A stretch of DNA of 64,000 nt from Limisphaerales bacterium (GCA_965658675.1 CBFHTT010000037.1:16425-80424); one strand, 5' to 3'; shown: positions 9,248 to 19,835, numbered from the stretch's first letter. Numbers and translations: made by a program. Notes: generated from the sequence alone by a model not told the origin.

Positions 9248-11434
9248 ATGAAAATAACCGTAAACTTTTTAGAAAACCTCAGGGTTGAAGCAAAATTCGA
9301 TGACTTTACGGTCATTGCGGATCAACCAATCCGCTACAAGGGCGACGGATCGGCACCAGGTCCATTTGATTACTTTTTGGCTTCTTCAGTTCTGTGTGCC
9401 GCCTATTTCGTCAGGGTCTACTGCTTGGCTCGTCAGATTCCTACAGACGATATCCGACTCTCGCAGAACAACATTATTGATCCCGAAAACAGGTATAAGC
9501 AGACGTTTCAGATACAGGTGGAGCTTCCGGAGCATCTGTCTGAGAAACATCGAGAAGGCATTCTCCGATCCATCGACAGGTGCACGGTAAAAAGAGTCGT
9601 TCAAGAATGCCCTGAATTCATCATTGAATCCGTTAATACCTTGGAGACAGATACCAGTCTCGCCTACGAAAGCGGATCGGCTCCAGGATCAAGCACCGTG
9701 GTGGTCGGTAAAGACCTTCCACTTGAGGAGACGATCAAGAACATGACCCAATTGCTGGCGTCCATGGGCATCGAGATTGAGATTTCTTCATGGAGAAACA
9801 TCGTTCCCAATGTCTGGTCCGTGCATATCCGGGATGCAGCTTCGCCAATGTGTTTCACCAATGGAAAAGGCGCCACCCGAGACAGCGCCATCTGTTCTGC
9901 GTTGGGAGAATATCTTGAACGGACAAGCTGCAACTACTTCTACAATGATCACTACTTTGGAGAGGAAGTCAGTGCCTCCAGCTTCGTTCACTACCCCAAT
10001 GAAAAATGGTTTACACCTGGGCCCGATGACGCGTTGCCAGATGGCCTGATGGATGAAACATGCTTGCGGCTCTACAATCCCGACAACGAGCTGAAAGCAT
10101 CCAACCTTGTTGATTCCAACTTAGGACTTTCCGAGCGAGGCATCTGCGCCATTCCCTTTGAGAGGCAATCCGACAAGAAAACGGTCTACATCCCCGTCAA
10201 CCTCATTGGGAATCTGTTCGTCAGTAATGGAATGAGTGCGGGCAACACCCTTCATGAAGCCAAAGTCCAATGCCTCTCTGAGATCATTGAGCGCGCAGTA
10301 AAGAAGCAGATTATTGAAGAGGAACTGAGTCTTCCAGATGTTCCGAAAAGCATCCTGGAAAAATACCCAACGATCATTGCCGGAATTGAAGAACTGGAAA
10401 GTCGTGGCTTTCCTGTATTGGTGAAGGATGCGTCTTTGGGTGGGTTGTTTCCTGTCATGTGCGTGGCCTTGATGAATTCCAGAACAGGAGGCGTCTTCGC
10501 GTCCTTCGGGGCTCACCCGAAATTTGAGGTGGCGCTGGAGCGCAGTCTTACCGAGCTGCTTCAGGGAAGAAGTTTTGAAGGACTGAATGATGTGCCTCCA
10601 CCCACGTTCAACAGTCTCGCGGTCAATGTTCCAAACAACTTCGTTGAGCACTTCATTGACTCAACAGGAATTATCTCATGGCGCTTCTTCAGCGATAAGA
10701 ACGACTACGAATTCTGTGAGTGGAATTTTGAAGGCACCACCGAGCAAGAGGCTGATTACCTCATGAGCATTCTGCATGAGTTGGACAAAGAAGTTTATGT
10801 ATCCATCCACGAGGATCTTGGAGCCAAGGCATGCCGGATACTCGTTCCTGGATACTCAGAGATCTATCCGGTGGAGGATCTCATTTGGGACAACACCAAC
10901 AAGGCGCTCGATTACCGGGAAGACATCCTGAACATTCACGATCTGGATGATAAACAACTCACAAGCCTTGTTGAACGACTCGAAGAAAGCCAGATCGACA
11001 ACTACACACCCATTTCCATTCTCATTGGTATCGAGTTCGACGAGAACACGGTTTGGGGTAAACTCGATATTGGTGAACTGAAAATCCTGATCTATCTGGC
11101 TCTCAAGCAATATGAGAGCGCAGCAGAACTCATATTCGACTTCATCAACTTCAACGACAACACAGCCGCCAGAAAGATGTTCTATCAAGCCCTCAAGGCC
11201 GCGCTGGATGTCACGATGGATGAAGATGAAGACATGGCGGATTACCTACCAAACATGACCCGGATGTTTGGGGCTGAAACCATGGACAAGGTCGTCGGCT
11301 CTATCAGCGGGGATATCCGTTTTTATGGGCTGACAAAGACCAGCATGAAGCTCGAAGGCTTGGACAAGCATCTCAAACTGATTAAGAGCTATCAAAAACT
11401 TCACAAAGCCAGAGCCCGTCTCGCCCAACAATAA
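9248..11434 (+). CDS. OsmC-domain / YcaO-domain fusion protein (TIGR03549-like)
   Basis: N-terminal OsmC-like DQP..GDGSAPGPFDYFLAS..LC...RCTVK; YcaO motifs TNGKG, SALGE.ER, SNGMSAGN, SEIIER, LERSLTELLQGR. Confidence 0.9.
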   Translation: MKITVNFLENLRVEAKFDDFTVIADQPIRYKGDGSAPGPFDYFLASSVLCAAYFVRVYCLARQIPTDDIRLSQNNIIDPENRYKQTFQIQVELPEHLSEKHREGILRSIDRCTVKRVVQECPEFIIESVNTLETDTSLAYESGSAPGSSTVVVGKDLPLEETIKNMTQLLASMGIEIEISSWRNIVPNVWSVHIRDAASPMCFTNGKGATRDSAICSALGEYLERTSCNYFYNDHYFGEEVSASSFVHYPNEKWFTPGPDDALPDGLMDETCLRLYNPDNELKASNLVDSNLGLSERGICAIPFERQSDKKTVYIPVNLIGNLFVSNGMSAGNTLHEAKVQCLSEIIERAVKKQIIEEELSLPDVPKSILEKYPTIIAGIEELESRGFPVLVKDASLGGLFPVMCVALMNSRTGGVFASFGAHPKFEVALERSLTELLQGRSFEGLNDVPPPTFNSLAVNVPNNFVEHFIDSTGIISWRFFSDKNDYEFCEWNFEGTTEQEADYLMSILHELDKEVYVSIHEDLGAKACRILVPGYSEIYPVEDLIWDNTNKALDYREDILNIHDLDDKQLTSLVERLEESQIDNYTPISILIGIEFDENTVWGKLDIGELKILIYLALKQYESAAELIFDFINFNDNTAARKMFYQALKAALDVTMDEDEDMADYLPNMTRMFGAETMDKVVGSISGDIRFYGLTKTSMKLEGLDKHLKLIKSYQKLHKARARLAQQ

Positions 11435-11486
11435 CTTGGGGCTCTTCGATCCACTTCCGTCCGCGCGTGGTGCTTCACTGATCTCA

Positions 11487-11609
11487 CCACCGCCGCGGCG
11501 GGACAGGCGCCAAGACCCGGAGACCCAAAGAAGAAAAAGTCAAAACACCTGAGAATGTGTAATCTCGAGCCCAGCGGGCTCTACGCCTTGAGCCCCGGAT
11601 GCAATCCGG
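11487..11609. repeat. Cluster of REP-like elements (21-bp variant; GAGCCCAGCGGGCTC; CCCCGGATGCAATCCGGGG)
   Basis: CCACCGCCGCGGCGGGACAGG at 11487-11507; 11566-11586 matches 62160-62180 at 19/21; perfect-arm hairpin at about 11594-11609. Confidence 0.75.
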
Positions 11610-11800
11610 GATAACTAGTCACAATAAAACCAATGCCCTTGATAGGGTCTGCTAGATAAAAAGGAAGCTTACATCCGCAGGCTGATGTGTGGAGAGATGA
11701 TGGACTGGATTTGAGTGGAGTCTTCGTCTGATTTCGGGGAAGCTTGGTCATTCCTTTGATCTATGGGCTCTGGATGCCCTTAATCCATGATGTTTTAAAA

Positions 11801-13636
11801 ATGAACCGTTTTTCGATAATTCTGACTCTGTTTGTGGTTTCCCTTGCTTCAGCGGCACAGGATCGTCCCAATATTCTCTGGGTGACCAGTGAGGATAACA
11901 GCCACCACTGGATTGGTTGCTATGGCAACAAGGATGCCAAGACTCCCAACATTGATAGGCTTGCTGCAGGTGGAGTCCGCTACAAATACGCCTACTCCAA
12001 TGGTGCTGTCTGCGCGGTGACTCGCAACACGCTGATTCTTGGCCGTTATGCTCCTTCCATGGGAACGCATAACATGCGAAGCCGGTATCCCATCCCTGAG
12101 CAGTTTCGCACGTATCCGTCTTACCTGAGAGAAGCGGGCTACTATTGTGTAAATCGCTCGAAGACGGACTACAATTTCGCCACGGACGACAAGAGTCATT
12201 GGGATGAGTGCAGCCCCAAGGCACATTGGAAGAATAGGAAACCGGGCCAACCCTTCTTTGCTGTTTTCAACACCACGATCAGTCACGAAAGCAATCTCTT
12301 TGCAAAGAAGATTGCCAGTAACAGAAAGAAGAAGCTGATTCCAGAAGTGCCTAGTCGTGACCCTGCGTCGGTCGTGTTGCCACCTCATCTGCCAGATACG
12401 CCTGAGATACGTCATGACTGGGTGACCTACATGGACACGGTCACGGCCATGGACAAACAGATCGGCGATTGGATCAATGAGCTGGATGATGAGAATCTGC
12501 GTGAGAACACGATCATCTTCTATTACTCCGACCATGGTGGCATTCTCCCAAGAGGTAAGCGCTACATCAACGACACTGGAAATCACGTTCCCATGATCGT
12601 TCATTTCCCCAAGAAATGGGCGCATCTCGCGCCAGGAAAAGCTGGCAGTGTGAACGAGCGTCCTGTCAGTTTTGTGGATCTGCCGCCGACGGTGTTCAGT
12701 CTTGCCGGAGTGGAGATTCCTGATGCGTTTCAGGGAAGGGCGTTTCTTGGAAAGGCTGCGCAGGAGGCATTGCCTTATGTGTATCTCTACGGTCAGCGGT
12801 TTGATGCGCGCATGCTGCGCTTTGTACGTGCAGTCACCGACGGACGCTATCGATATATCCGCAATTTCCATCCGCATCGTCATCGCGGAATTTTCTCTGG
12901 CTATCCGCACGGTCAGCTTGGCTGGCAGTCATTCCTGAAGGCTCGCAATAACGGTGAGTTGACGTCTGAACAGGAAGCGTTTTGGTCTATTCCGCAACCG
13001 GTTGAAGAGCTGTATGACACTCAAGCTGATCCTTGGGAGGTCAACAATCTGGTGAATGATCCTGAGCATCAGAAGCGATTGGCCGAAATGCGAAAAGCCA
13101 CGCTATCCAAGATGAGTGAGATCCGTGACGCAGGATTGGTTCCCGAAGCCATGTACAACGAAATCTCAAAGAACAGCACGGTTTATGACTACGTGAACGA
13201 CAAGGCATTTCCTTATGGTGAGATTCAAAAGACTGCGCTTCTTGCCGGCGATGCATCCAAGAAATCTGTCCGCAAACTGCGTGCAGCATTGAAGCACGAA
13301 CATCCAGTGGTTCGTTACTGGGGGGCGATCGGATGCACCGTGCGAGGCAAAGCAGCAAAGCCAGCCGCCAAGGATCTGCAAAAGCTCCTCAATGATCCGG
13401 TGCCAGTCGTTCAGATAGCCGCAGCTGAGGCGGTGACGCGTCAAGGCAACCGCGATGCTGGGTTGAAGGCGCTCACTCGGATTCTGAACCATGCAAGCGA
13501 CGACATGGTCGCGCTGGAAGCGCTCAACATGATTGATGCATTGGAGATGAAAGGGGATGTGCCTGAAGAAATCTACCGAAAGGCAACAGGCACAGGAAGC
13601 TACCCGAAGCGGATGTTGGATACCTACCCAGATTGA
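11801..13636 (+). CDS. Secreted S1 sulfatase with C-terminal HEAT-like repeats
   Basis: Signal peptide; RPNILW..ED, TPNIDRLA, CAVTR active-site motif, SDHG, EELYD..DP.E..NL; HEAT-type C-terminus. Confidence 0.9.
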   Translation: MNRFSIILTLFVVSLASAAQDRPNILWVTSEDNSHHWIGCYGNKDAKTPNIDRLAAGGVRYKYAYSNGAVCAVTRNTLILGRYAPSMGTHNMRSRYPIPEQFRTYPSYLREAGYYCVNRSKTDYNFATDDKSHWDECSPKAHWKNRKPGQPFFAVFNTTISHESNLFAKKIASNRKKKLIPEVPSRDPASVVLPPHLPDTPEIRHDWVTYMDTVTAMDKQIGDWINELDDENLRENTIIFYYSDHGGILPRGKRYINDTGNHVPMIVHFPKKWAHLAPGKAGSVNERPVSFVDLPPTVFSLAGVEIPDAFQGRAFLGKAAQEALPYVYLYGQRFDARMLRFVRAVTDGRYRYIRNFHPHRHRGIFSGYPHGQLGWQSFLKARNNGELTSEQEAFWSIPQPVEELYDTQADPWEVNNLVNDPEHQKRLAEMRKATLSKMSEIRDAGLVPEAMYNEISKNSTVYDYVNDKAFPYGEIQKTALLAGDASKKSVRKLRAALKHEHPVVRYWGAIGCTVRGKAAKPAAKDLQKLLNDPVPVVQIAAAEAVTRQGNRDAGLKALTRILNHASDDMVALEALNMIDALEMKGDVPEEIYRKATGTGSYPKRMLDTYPD

Positions 13637-13891
13637 TCGCAGATGCGTTTGGTTTGAAGCGCGGCGACTGCTGATTCGAGTCACCGCTTAACTTATCTAT
13701 ATGCGCTCCGGCGTTGGAGTTCTTGAATGGGCTGCTAGGGAGTGCGTTCTGTTACATTCATGCCAAAGATTAATGGTTTGAGGGCATTGGATGGGAATTT
13801 TTCTTGATTCGGAGGGGCTTTGGCTGGGATTGATTAACGTCCGATTCGTTGAATGCGCTTTGGCGCTCTGAACTACTGAAACTGAAAATAA

Positions 13892-14860
13892 ATGTCTGAA
13901 AACAATCTTCTAGAAGGTCTCAAGAAACATTCCGTGATCGTTGCTGATACGGGTGACTTTGAAAGTATCAAGCAATTCCAACCGCGTGACGCGACCACCA
14001 ATCCAAGTCTGTTGCTGAATGCAGCGTGCATGGATGAGTATGCGGAAATCGTGGATAAGGCGCTGGCTGACACCAAGGCAACCTCGACTTCATCGTCTCC
14101 TGACATCGAAATGGCAATGGACAAGCTGTCTGTGGCGTTTGGTGTGGAGATCCTGAAGATTGTGTCGCATCGCGTTAGTACTGAGGTGGATGCGCGTTTG
14201 TCTTTCAACAAGCAGGCTTCCATCGACAAGGCGCACACGCTGATCGGTTATTACGAGGAAGCTGGTATTTCTCGTGATCGCATCCTGATCAAGCTGGCTT
14301 CTACCTGGGAAGGTATCGAGGCGGCTCGTGAGCTGGAGAAGGAAGGCATTCATTGTAATCTGACTCTTTTGTTCTCGTTTGCTCAGGCTGTGGCTTGTGC
14401 AGAGGCGGGTGTGCAGCTGATTTCACCATTTGTGGGTCGTATCCTTGATTGGTACAAGGCGAGCACGGGGCGTGACAGCTATCCTGCAAATGAGGATCCG
14501 GGCGTGGTGTCTGTGACGAACATCTACAACTACTACAAGAAGTTCGGTTACAAGACTGAGGTCATGGGCGCGAGCTTCCGTAATGTGGGTGAAATCACTG
14601 AGTTGGCGGGTTCTGATCTACTGACAATCAGCCCTGGTTTGCTGAGTGAAATGCAGAAGACTGAGGGTTCTGTGGAGCTGAAGCTCTCTGAGGAGACTGC
14701 CAAGGCGGCTGATCTGGAGAAGATCGAGATCGACGAAGCCAAGTTCCGCTGGATGATGAATGAGGACCAGATGGCGACTGAGAAGCTTTCTGACGGAATT
14801 CGTCGTTTTGCTGCGGATTCCCGCAAATTGGAGGCATTCCTCATCGAGAAGATGAGCTAA
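13892..14860 (+). CDS. tal: Transaldolase
   Basis: [48 protein letters not shown]. Confidence 0.97.
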   Translation: MSENNLLEGLKKHSVIVADTGDFESIKQFQPRDATTNPSLLLNAACMDEYAEIVDKALADTKATSTSSSPDIEMAMDKLSVAFGVEILKIVSHRVSTEVDARLSFNKQASIDKAHTLIGYYEEAGISRDRILIKLASTWEGIEAARELEKEGIHCNLTLLFSFAQAVACAEAGVQLISPFVGRILDWYKASTGRDSYPANEDPGVVSVTNIYNYYKKFGYKTEVMGASFRNVGEITELAGSDLLTISPGLLSEMQKTEGSVELKLSEETAKAADLEKIEIDEAKFRWMMNEDQMATEKLSDGIRRFAADSRKLEAFLIEKMS

Positions 14861-14882
14861 GCTCCAATCACATGGTTTGACG

Positions 14883-14914
14883 AAAGGCTGTCGGATTTCC
14901 GGCAGCCTTTTTTT
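14883..14914 (+). terminator. Intrinsic terminator after tal
   Basis: AAAGGCTGTCGG-attt-CCGGCAGCCTTT plus T-run. Confidence 0.85.
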
Positions 14915-14944
14915 CGTGTTTGGGGCAGGTGGCGAAAGAATTTG

Positions 14945-14993
14945 GATTTAGAATTATTCTAAATCTTGACGGATCTGAATGAGGCTCTATTTT
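14945..14993 (+). promoter_or_regulatory. Fur-family operator (10-1-10 palindrome) abutting sigma70 promoter of the regulator-suf operon
   Basis: GATTTAGAAT-T-ATTCTAAATC (14945-14965), then TTGACG (14966-14971), 16 bp, TATTTT (14988-14993). Confidence 0.8.
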
Positions 14994-15003
14994 GTCCGCC
15001 CCG

Positions 15004-15465
15004 ATGAGCGGTGAAATCGATCAGGACAAAGAAGTGACAGACCGGCTGGCAGCTTCAGGGCTACGGTTTACGCCCCAGCGTCGGCACATTTTCAATGTCC
15101 TGACGGAGATTAAGGACCATCCGACGGCTGAAGAGGTGTATTTCCGGGCGAAGAAGGGAAAGCCGGAGATGTCCATGGCCACGGTCTACAACACTTTGGA
15201 TGTGTTGGTTAAGGCGGGATTGGTGAAGCAGGTGAATCACGACCGGCAGGCCACGAGGTTCTGTTCAAATCTGGATCCTCACTGTCACTTTTACTGCAAT
15301 GACTGTGGGCGAGCCTTTGACATCGATCTGAAACGCACACCGCGTGTGCCTGAGGCAATGATGCCTGAGGGATTCAAGGCGGATGAGATCGATATCGCCA
15401 TGAGGGGACCTTGTCCGGATGGGAGATGTGCGTCGAATGAGCAGTCTCACATCAGCAACAAATAG
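15004..15465 (+). CDS. Fur-family transcriptional regulator (PerR/Irr-like)
   Basis: RFTPQR, HPTAEEVY, SMATVYNTL, HCHFYCNDC, C-terminal CPDGRC. Confidence 0.92.
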   Translation: MSGEIDQDKEVTDRLAASGLRFTPQRRHIFNVLTEIKDHPTAEEVYFRAKKGKPEMSMATVYNTLDVLVKAGLVKQVNHDRQATRFCSNLDPHCHFYCNDCGRAFDIDLKRTPRVPEAMMPEGFKADEIDIAMRGPCPDGRCASNEQSHISNK

Positions 15466-15474
15466 ATTTTCGCA

Positions 15475-16926
15475 ATGAGCAGCGCTACTGAAACGATCGA
15501 GAAGTTTGTCAGCCAGGAATACAAGTATGGCTTTGTCACTGACATCGAAGCCGATTCCGTTCCGCCTGGGTTGAATGAGGACGTTGTCCGTCTGATCTCA
15601 GCCAAGAAGAACGAGCCTGAGTGGCTGACGGAATACCGTTTAAAGGCATACCGTTATTGGTTGAAGATGACCCCGCCTGAATGGGCCCATGTGGATCATC
15701 CTCCGGTGGACTTTCAAGCTGTCTCTTACTATTCCGCGCCGAAGAAGCCGGACGAGAATGCACCCAAGAGTCTGGATGAGGTGGATCCAAAGTTGTTGGA
15801 GACCTATGAGAAGCTGGGTATCCCGCTTCACGAGCGTGCCAAGCTGGCTGGTGTGGCGGTGGATGCCGTGTTTGACAGTGTGTCTGTAGGGACGACTTTC
15901 AAGGACACCTTGGCGGAGCAGGGAATCATCTTCTGTTCTTTCTCAGAGGCGGTTCAGGAACATCCGGAACTAGTGAAGAAGTATCTGGGAACGGTGGTTC
16001 CTTATACGGACAATTTTTATGCAGCCTTGAACTCCGCTGTCTTCAGTGATGGCTCGTTCTGCTACATCCCCAAGGGCGTTCGTTGCCCAATGGAGCTTTC
16101 CACCTACTTCCGCATCAATGCGGCGAATACCGGTCAGTTCGAACGGACGCTGGTGATTGCTGAAGATGATTCGTATGTGAGCTATCTGGAGGGATGCACC
16201 GCACCGATGCGTGATGAGAATCAGCTGCACGCTGCGATCGTGGAACTGGTGGCTCTGGAGAATGCAGAGATCAAATACTCCACCGTGCAAAACTGGTATC
16301 CCGGTGATGCAGAAGGCGTGGGCGGTATCTACAACTTTGTGACCAAGCGCGGCCTGTGTAAGGGAAATCATTCCAAGATTTCATGGACTCAGGTGGAAAC
16401 CGGCTCTGCGATCACATGGAAGTATCCAAGCTGTGTGCTCAAGGGTGACAACAGTGTGGGTGAGTTCTACTCAGTGGCGCTGACGAATCTGAAGCAGCAG
16501 GCTGACACGGGTTCCAAGATGATTCATCTCGGCAAGAACACGAAGAGCACAATCATCTCCAAGGGCATCTCTGCCGGGCGTGGCCAGAACAGCTATCGCG
16601 GACTGGTGCAGATGTCGAAGAACGCAACCAATTCACGCAACTTCTCCCAATGTGACTCTCTGTTGATCGGTGATCAGTGCGGGGCGCATACATTTCCATA
16701 CATCGAGGTGAAGAACACGAGCTCGAGTGTGGAGCATGAGGCGACAACGTCGAAGATTGGTGAAGACCAGATCTTCTACTGCAATGCGCGAGGAATCGAA
16801 ACGCAGGATGCAGTGAACATGATTGTGAATGGCTTCTGTAAGGAAGTGTTCAGTGTGCTGCCCGGTGAGTTTGCCGTGGAAGCGCGCAATCTGCTTGGTG
16901 TGAGCCTTGAAGGCAGTGTGGGATAA
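15475..16926 (+). CDS. sufB: Fe-S cluster assembly protein SufB
   Basis: [56 protein letters not shown]. Confidence 0.97.
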   Translation: MSSATETIEKFVSQEYKYGFVTDIEADSVPPGLNEDVVRLISAKKNEPEWLTEYRLKAYRYWLKMTPPEWAHVDHPPVDFQAVSYYSAPKKPDENAPKSLDEVDPKLLETYEKLGIPLHERAKLAGVAVDAVFDSVSVGTTFKDTLAEQGIIFCSFSEAVQEHPELVKKYLGTVVPYTDNFYAALNSAVFSDGSFCYIPKGVRCPMELSTYFRINAANTGQFERTLVIAEDDSYVSYLEGCTAPMRDENQLHAAIVELVALENAEIKYSTVQNWYPGDAEGVGGIYNFVTKRGLCKGNHSKISWTQVETGSAITWKYPSCVLKGDNSVGEFYSVALTNLKQQADTGSKMIHLGKNTKSTIISKGISAGRGQNSYRGLVQMSKNATNSRNFSQCDSLLIGDQCGAHTFPYIEVKNTSSSVEHEATTSKIGEDQIFYCNARGIETQDAVNMIVNGFCKEVFSVLPGEFAVEARNLLGVSLEGSVG

Positions 16927-16975
16927 GCCGGCTGAACCGGATCATTTTTTGAAATTACGGACCTGAAAACGAACG

Positions 16976-17734
16976 ATGCTGAAAATTGAAAATCTCCACG
17001 CTGGTGTGGAAGGAAAAGACATTCTCAAAGGATTGAACCTGACGATCAATCCAGGTGAGGTGCACGCAATCATGGGACCCAACGGCAGCGGCAAGAGCAC
17101 GCTGGCCTCTGTCCTGGCTGGACGCGAAGATTATGAGATCTCCAAGGGATCTGTAGATTACCTCGGTAAGGATCTGCTGGACATGGCAGCTGAAGAGCGC
17201 GCCTGTGAAGGTGTGTTTCTCGCCTTCCAATATCCTGTCGAGATTCCCGGTGTGAACACCACTTACTTCCTCAGAGCTGCTGCCAATGCCGTGCGTAAGT
17301 ATCGCGGTGAGGATGAGCTGGACGCAGTGGCGTTCCTCAAGCTGGTCCGTGAGAAGATGAACATTCTTGAGCTGCCAGAGAGCTTCCTCAAGCGCCCGGT
17401 GAATGCCGGATTCTCCGGTGGTGAGAAGAAGCGTAATGAGATCTTCCAAATGGCTGTGCTGGAGCCGAAGCTGGCTGTGCTGGATGAGACGGATTCCGGT
17501 CTCGATATTGATGCGCTGCGGATTGTTTCCGAGGGCGTGAACAAGCTTAAGAGCAAGGACAACGCACAGTTGGTCATCACGCATTATCAGCGTCTGCTTG
17601 ATTACATCGTTCCAGATTTTGTCCATGTGCTTGTGGATGGACGTATCGTCCGTTCCGGTGGCAAGGAGCTGGCCCTTCAGTTGGAAGAAAAGGGTTACGA
17701 CTGGATCCTGGATGAGCTTTCCCAACCTGCCTGA
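16976..17734 (+). CDS. sufC: Fe-S cluster assembly ATPase SufC
   Basis: [42 protein letters not shown]. Confidence 0.97.
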   Translation: MLKIENLHAGVEGKDILKGLNLTINPGEVHAIMGPNGSGKSTLASVLAGREDYEISKGSVDYLGKDLLDMAAEERACEGVFLAFQYPVEIPGVNTTYFLRAAANAVRKYRGEDELDAVAFLKLVREKMNILELPESFLKRPVNAGFSGGEKKRNEIFQMAVLEPKLAVLDETDSGLDIDALRIVSEGVNKLKSKDNAQLVITHYQRLLDYIVPDFVHVLVDGRIVRSGGKELALQLEEKGYDWILDELSQPA

Positions 17735-17737
17735 TTG

Positions 17738-19093
17738 ATGAGCGAAATGACTGAAACTCCCACGACTGTGAGTGACGCTGAAGACGCCCGGCTGGCGGCA
17801 TTTGATGCGTTGGAGGCAGCGGGCGCTGCCGGTCAGCCACAATGGTTGGCCCAGCTTCGCAAGTCAGGTATCGCCAGGTTTTCTGAGAAGGGTTACCCAA
17901 CCATCAAGGACGAGGACTGGCGTTTTACCAATGTGTCTGTGATCGCGGATATGGACTTTGCGCCATCCGTGGCGGCTGAGGCTGTTGACGCAGGTTACTT
18001 GGATTCACTTGAGGGAATTGAGATTCCTTTTCAGGGACTCGACTGCCACAAACTGGTTTTCCTGAATGGTCACTTTGCATCGCATCTGTCTTCAGTAGGC
18101 ACGCAGGATGGAGTGATTCTCTCGACACTGTCTGAAGCAATCACTGCGCATGAGGACAAGGTCAGCGCGCGCTTGGGATCACGTTCCAAGGAAGACGCAA
18201 ACGGCTTTGCCGGATTGAATGATGCTTTCTTGAGCGACGGACTTTTCCTACATGTGGCCCGAAACGTTTCTTTGGAGAAACCGGTTCATGTCATCCATGT
18301 GGGAACGGTGGCCGGAAGCGTTTCTCATCTGCGTCACCTTGTTGAGGTGGAGACCTCTGCCAAGGCGACGGTTGTTGAGACACATGTCTCCGCTGTCGAA
18401 GGTGTCTATGTGACCAACTCGATCAACGAGTGGTTCGTGGGTGACAATACCCAGGCCGAACATGTGAAGGTGCAGGATCAGAGCATTGAGTCGTATCACA
18501 TCGCCCGCTTCTACAGCGACACCGGTCGTGACAGTCATCTGGCTCATCACTCGATTGCATTGGGTGCTGCGATTTCACGAAACGACCTCCGAACCTGCCT
18601 TGCGGGTGAGGGACAGAATTGCGTGCTCAATGGTCTCTACATCACCCGTGGCAAACAGGTGGCCGATCATCACATGGTGGTCGATCACGCATCGCCGCGC
18701 TGCGAGAGTCATGAGTATTTCAACGGTATTCTGGATGATGAATCCAAAGGGATCTTTCATGGACGTATCCATGTGCGGCAGATTGCACAGAAGACCGATG
18801 CGAAGCAGACGAGTAAGAATGTGCTGCTGTCTGATTCTGCCACGGCAAATGCGAAACCTCAGCTTGAGATCTATGCCGACGACGTGAAGTGCACGCATGG
18901 TGCGACCATCGGTCAGCTGGATCCACAATCGATCTTCTATCTCCGCGCCCGTGGTATCGGAGAGAAGCGTGCCCGGCAGATGCTGGTTCATGGCTTTGCG
19001 GGTGAGATCGTCGAGCGTATCGAATGCGAACCTGTCCGTGAGGAATTGGACACGTTGGTTTGGGATCGATTGGAAGATCAGAGTCTGGCCTGA
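17738..19093 (+). CDS. sufD: Fire-S cluster assembly protein SufD (Fe-S assembly)
   Basis: EDWRFT, FHGRIHV..AQKTDA, KPQLEIYADDVKCTHGAT, FYLRARGI. Confidence 0.95.
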   Translation: MSEMTETPTTVSDAEDARLAAFDALEAAGAAGQPQWLAQLRKSGIARFSEKGYPTIKDEDWRFTNVSVIADMDFAPSVAAEAVDAGYLDSLEGIEIPFQGLDCHKLVFLNGHFASHLSSVGTQDGVILSTLSEAITAHEDKVSARLGSRSKEDANGFAGLNDAFLSDGLFLHVARNVSLEKPVHVIHVGTVAGSVSHLRHLVEVETSAKATVVETHVSAVEGVYVTNSINEWFVGDNTQAEHVKVQDQSIESYHIARFYSDTGRDSHLAHHSIALGAAISRNDLRTCLAGEGQNCVLNGLYITRGKQVADHHMVVDHASPRCESHEYFNGILDDESKGIFHGRIHVRQIAQKTDAKQTSKNVLLSDSATANAKPQLEIYADDVKCTHGATIGQLDPQSIFYLRARGIGEKRARQMLVHGFAGEIVERIECEPVREELDTLVWDRLEDQSLA

Positions 19094-19108
19094 AACCTTG
19101 TTTAAGAG

Positions 19109-19663
19109 ATGTCCCGTTACGAATCCATAGAACTGACTCGAGATGTGGAAGCCACCGTGGTGCCTGTGGGCGATCGTGTGACTTTGCTCAAGGGCGAGGA
19201 AGCGACCATCACCCAGTCACTGGGCGGAACCTACACCATCATGGTGAATGGTAACATGTTTCGCGTGGATAGTCGTAATGGGGATGCGTTGGGGAAGGAA
19301 GTTGAACTGTCACCAGCGGAGCAGGCCGGTAAGGCTGATTCGAAGGAAGATCTGAGCAAGCAGATCTGGGATCAGATGCGCACCGTGTATGATCCTGAGA
19401 TTCCTGTGAACGTGGTGGACCTCGGACTGATCTATCGCAGCGAGCTGAAGGAGATCGAGGATGGTGGTGGATACACTGTCGAGGTGGACATGACTCTGAC
19501 TGCGCCCGGATGTGGCATGGGTGATGTGCTTTGTCAGGACATTCAGAGCAAGGTGCTCTGTGTGGACGGAGTAGAGCAGGTGGATGTGCAGTTGGTATGG
19601 GAGCCTCAGTGGAATCAGGACATGATGTCCGAGGCTGCGAAGCTTCAGCTGGGCTTTATGTAG
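19109..19663 (+). CDS. sufT: Fe-S cluster assembly protein SufT (DUF59, long form)
   Basis: ITQSLGG, VYDPEIPVNVVDLGL, MTLTAPGCGMG, W..DMMSEAAKL.LG. Confidence 0.9.
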   Translation: MSRYESIELTRDVEATVVPVGDRVTLLKGEEATITQSLGGTYTIMVNGNMFRVDSRNGDALGKEVELSPAEQAGKADSKEDLSKQIWDQMRTVYDPEIPVNVVDLGLIYRSELKEIEDGGGYTVEVDMTLTAPGCGMGDVLCQDIQSKVLCVDGVEQVDVQLVWEPQWNQDMMSEAAKLQLGFM

Positions 19664-19835
19664 ACGCGGGTGACGGTGTCATCTTGCATGCGCTGATCCA
19701 TGAGTTCCTTGACCTTCGTTGCAAGGTCAGTGAGAGCGAGAGGCTTCGAAATACCCCCCGTTTCTTATTGTTCTGGGCAATAAATACTCTGGTTGATCAT
19801 GTTGACAGATTCGAGAGGAGCGTCACTTTTATGAA

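Noticed and set aside
9248..11434. RiPP biosynthetic cluster around YcaO
   Set aside because: No precursor peptide, dehydrogenase, TfuA, protease or transporter nearby.
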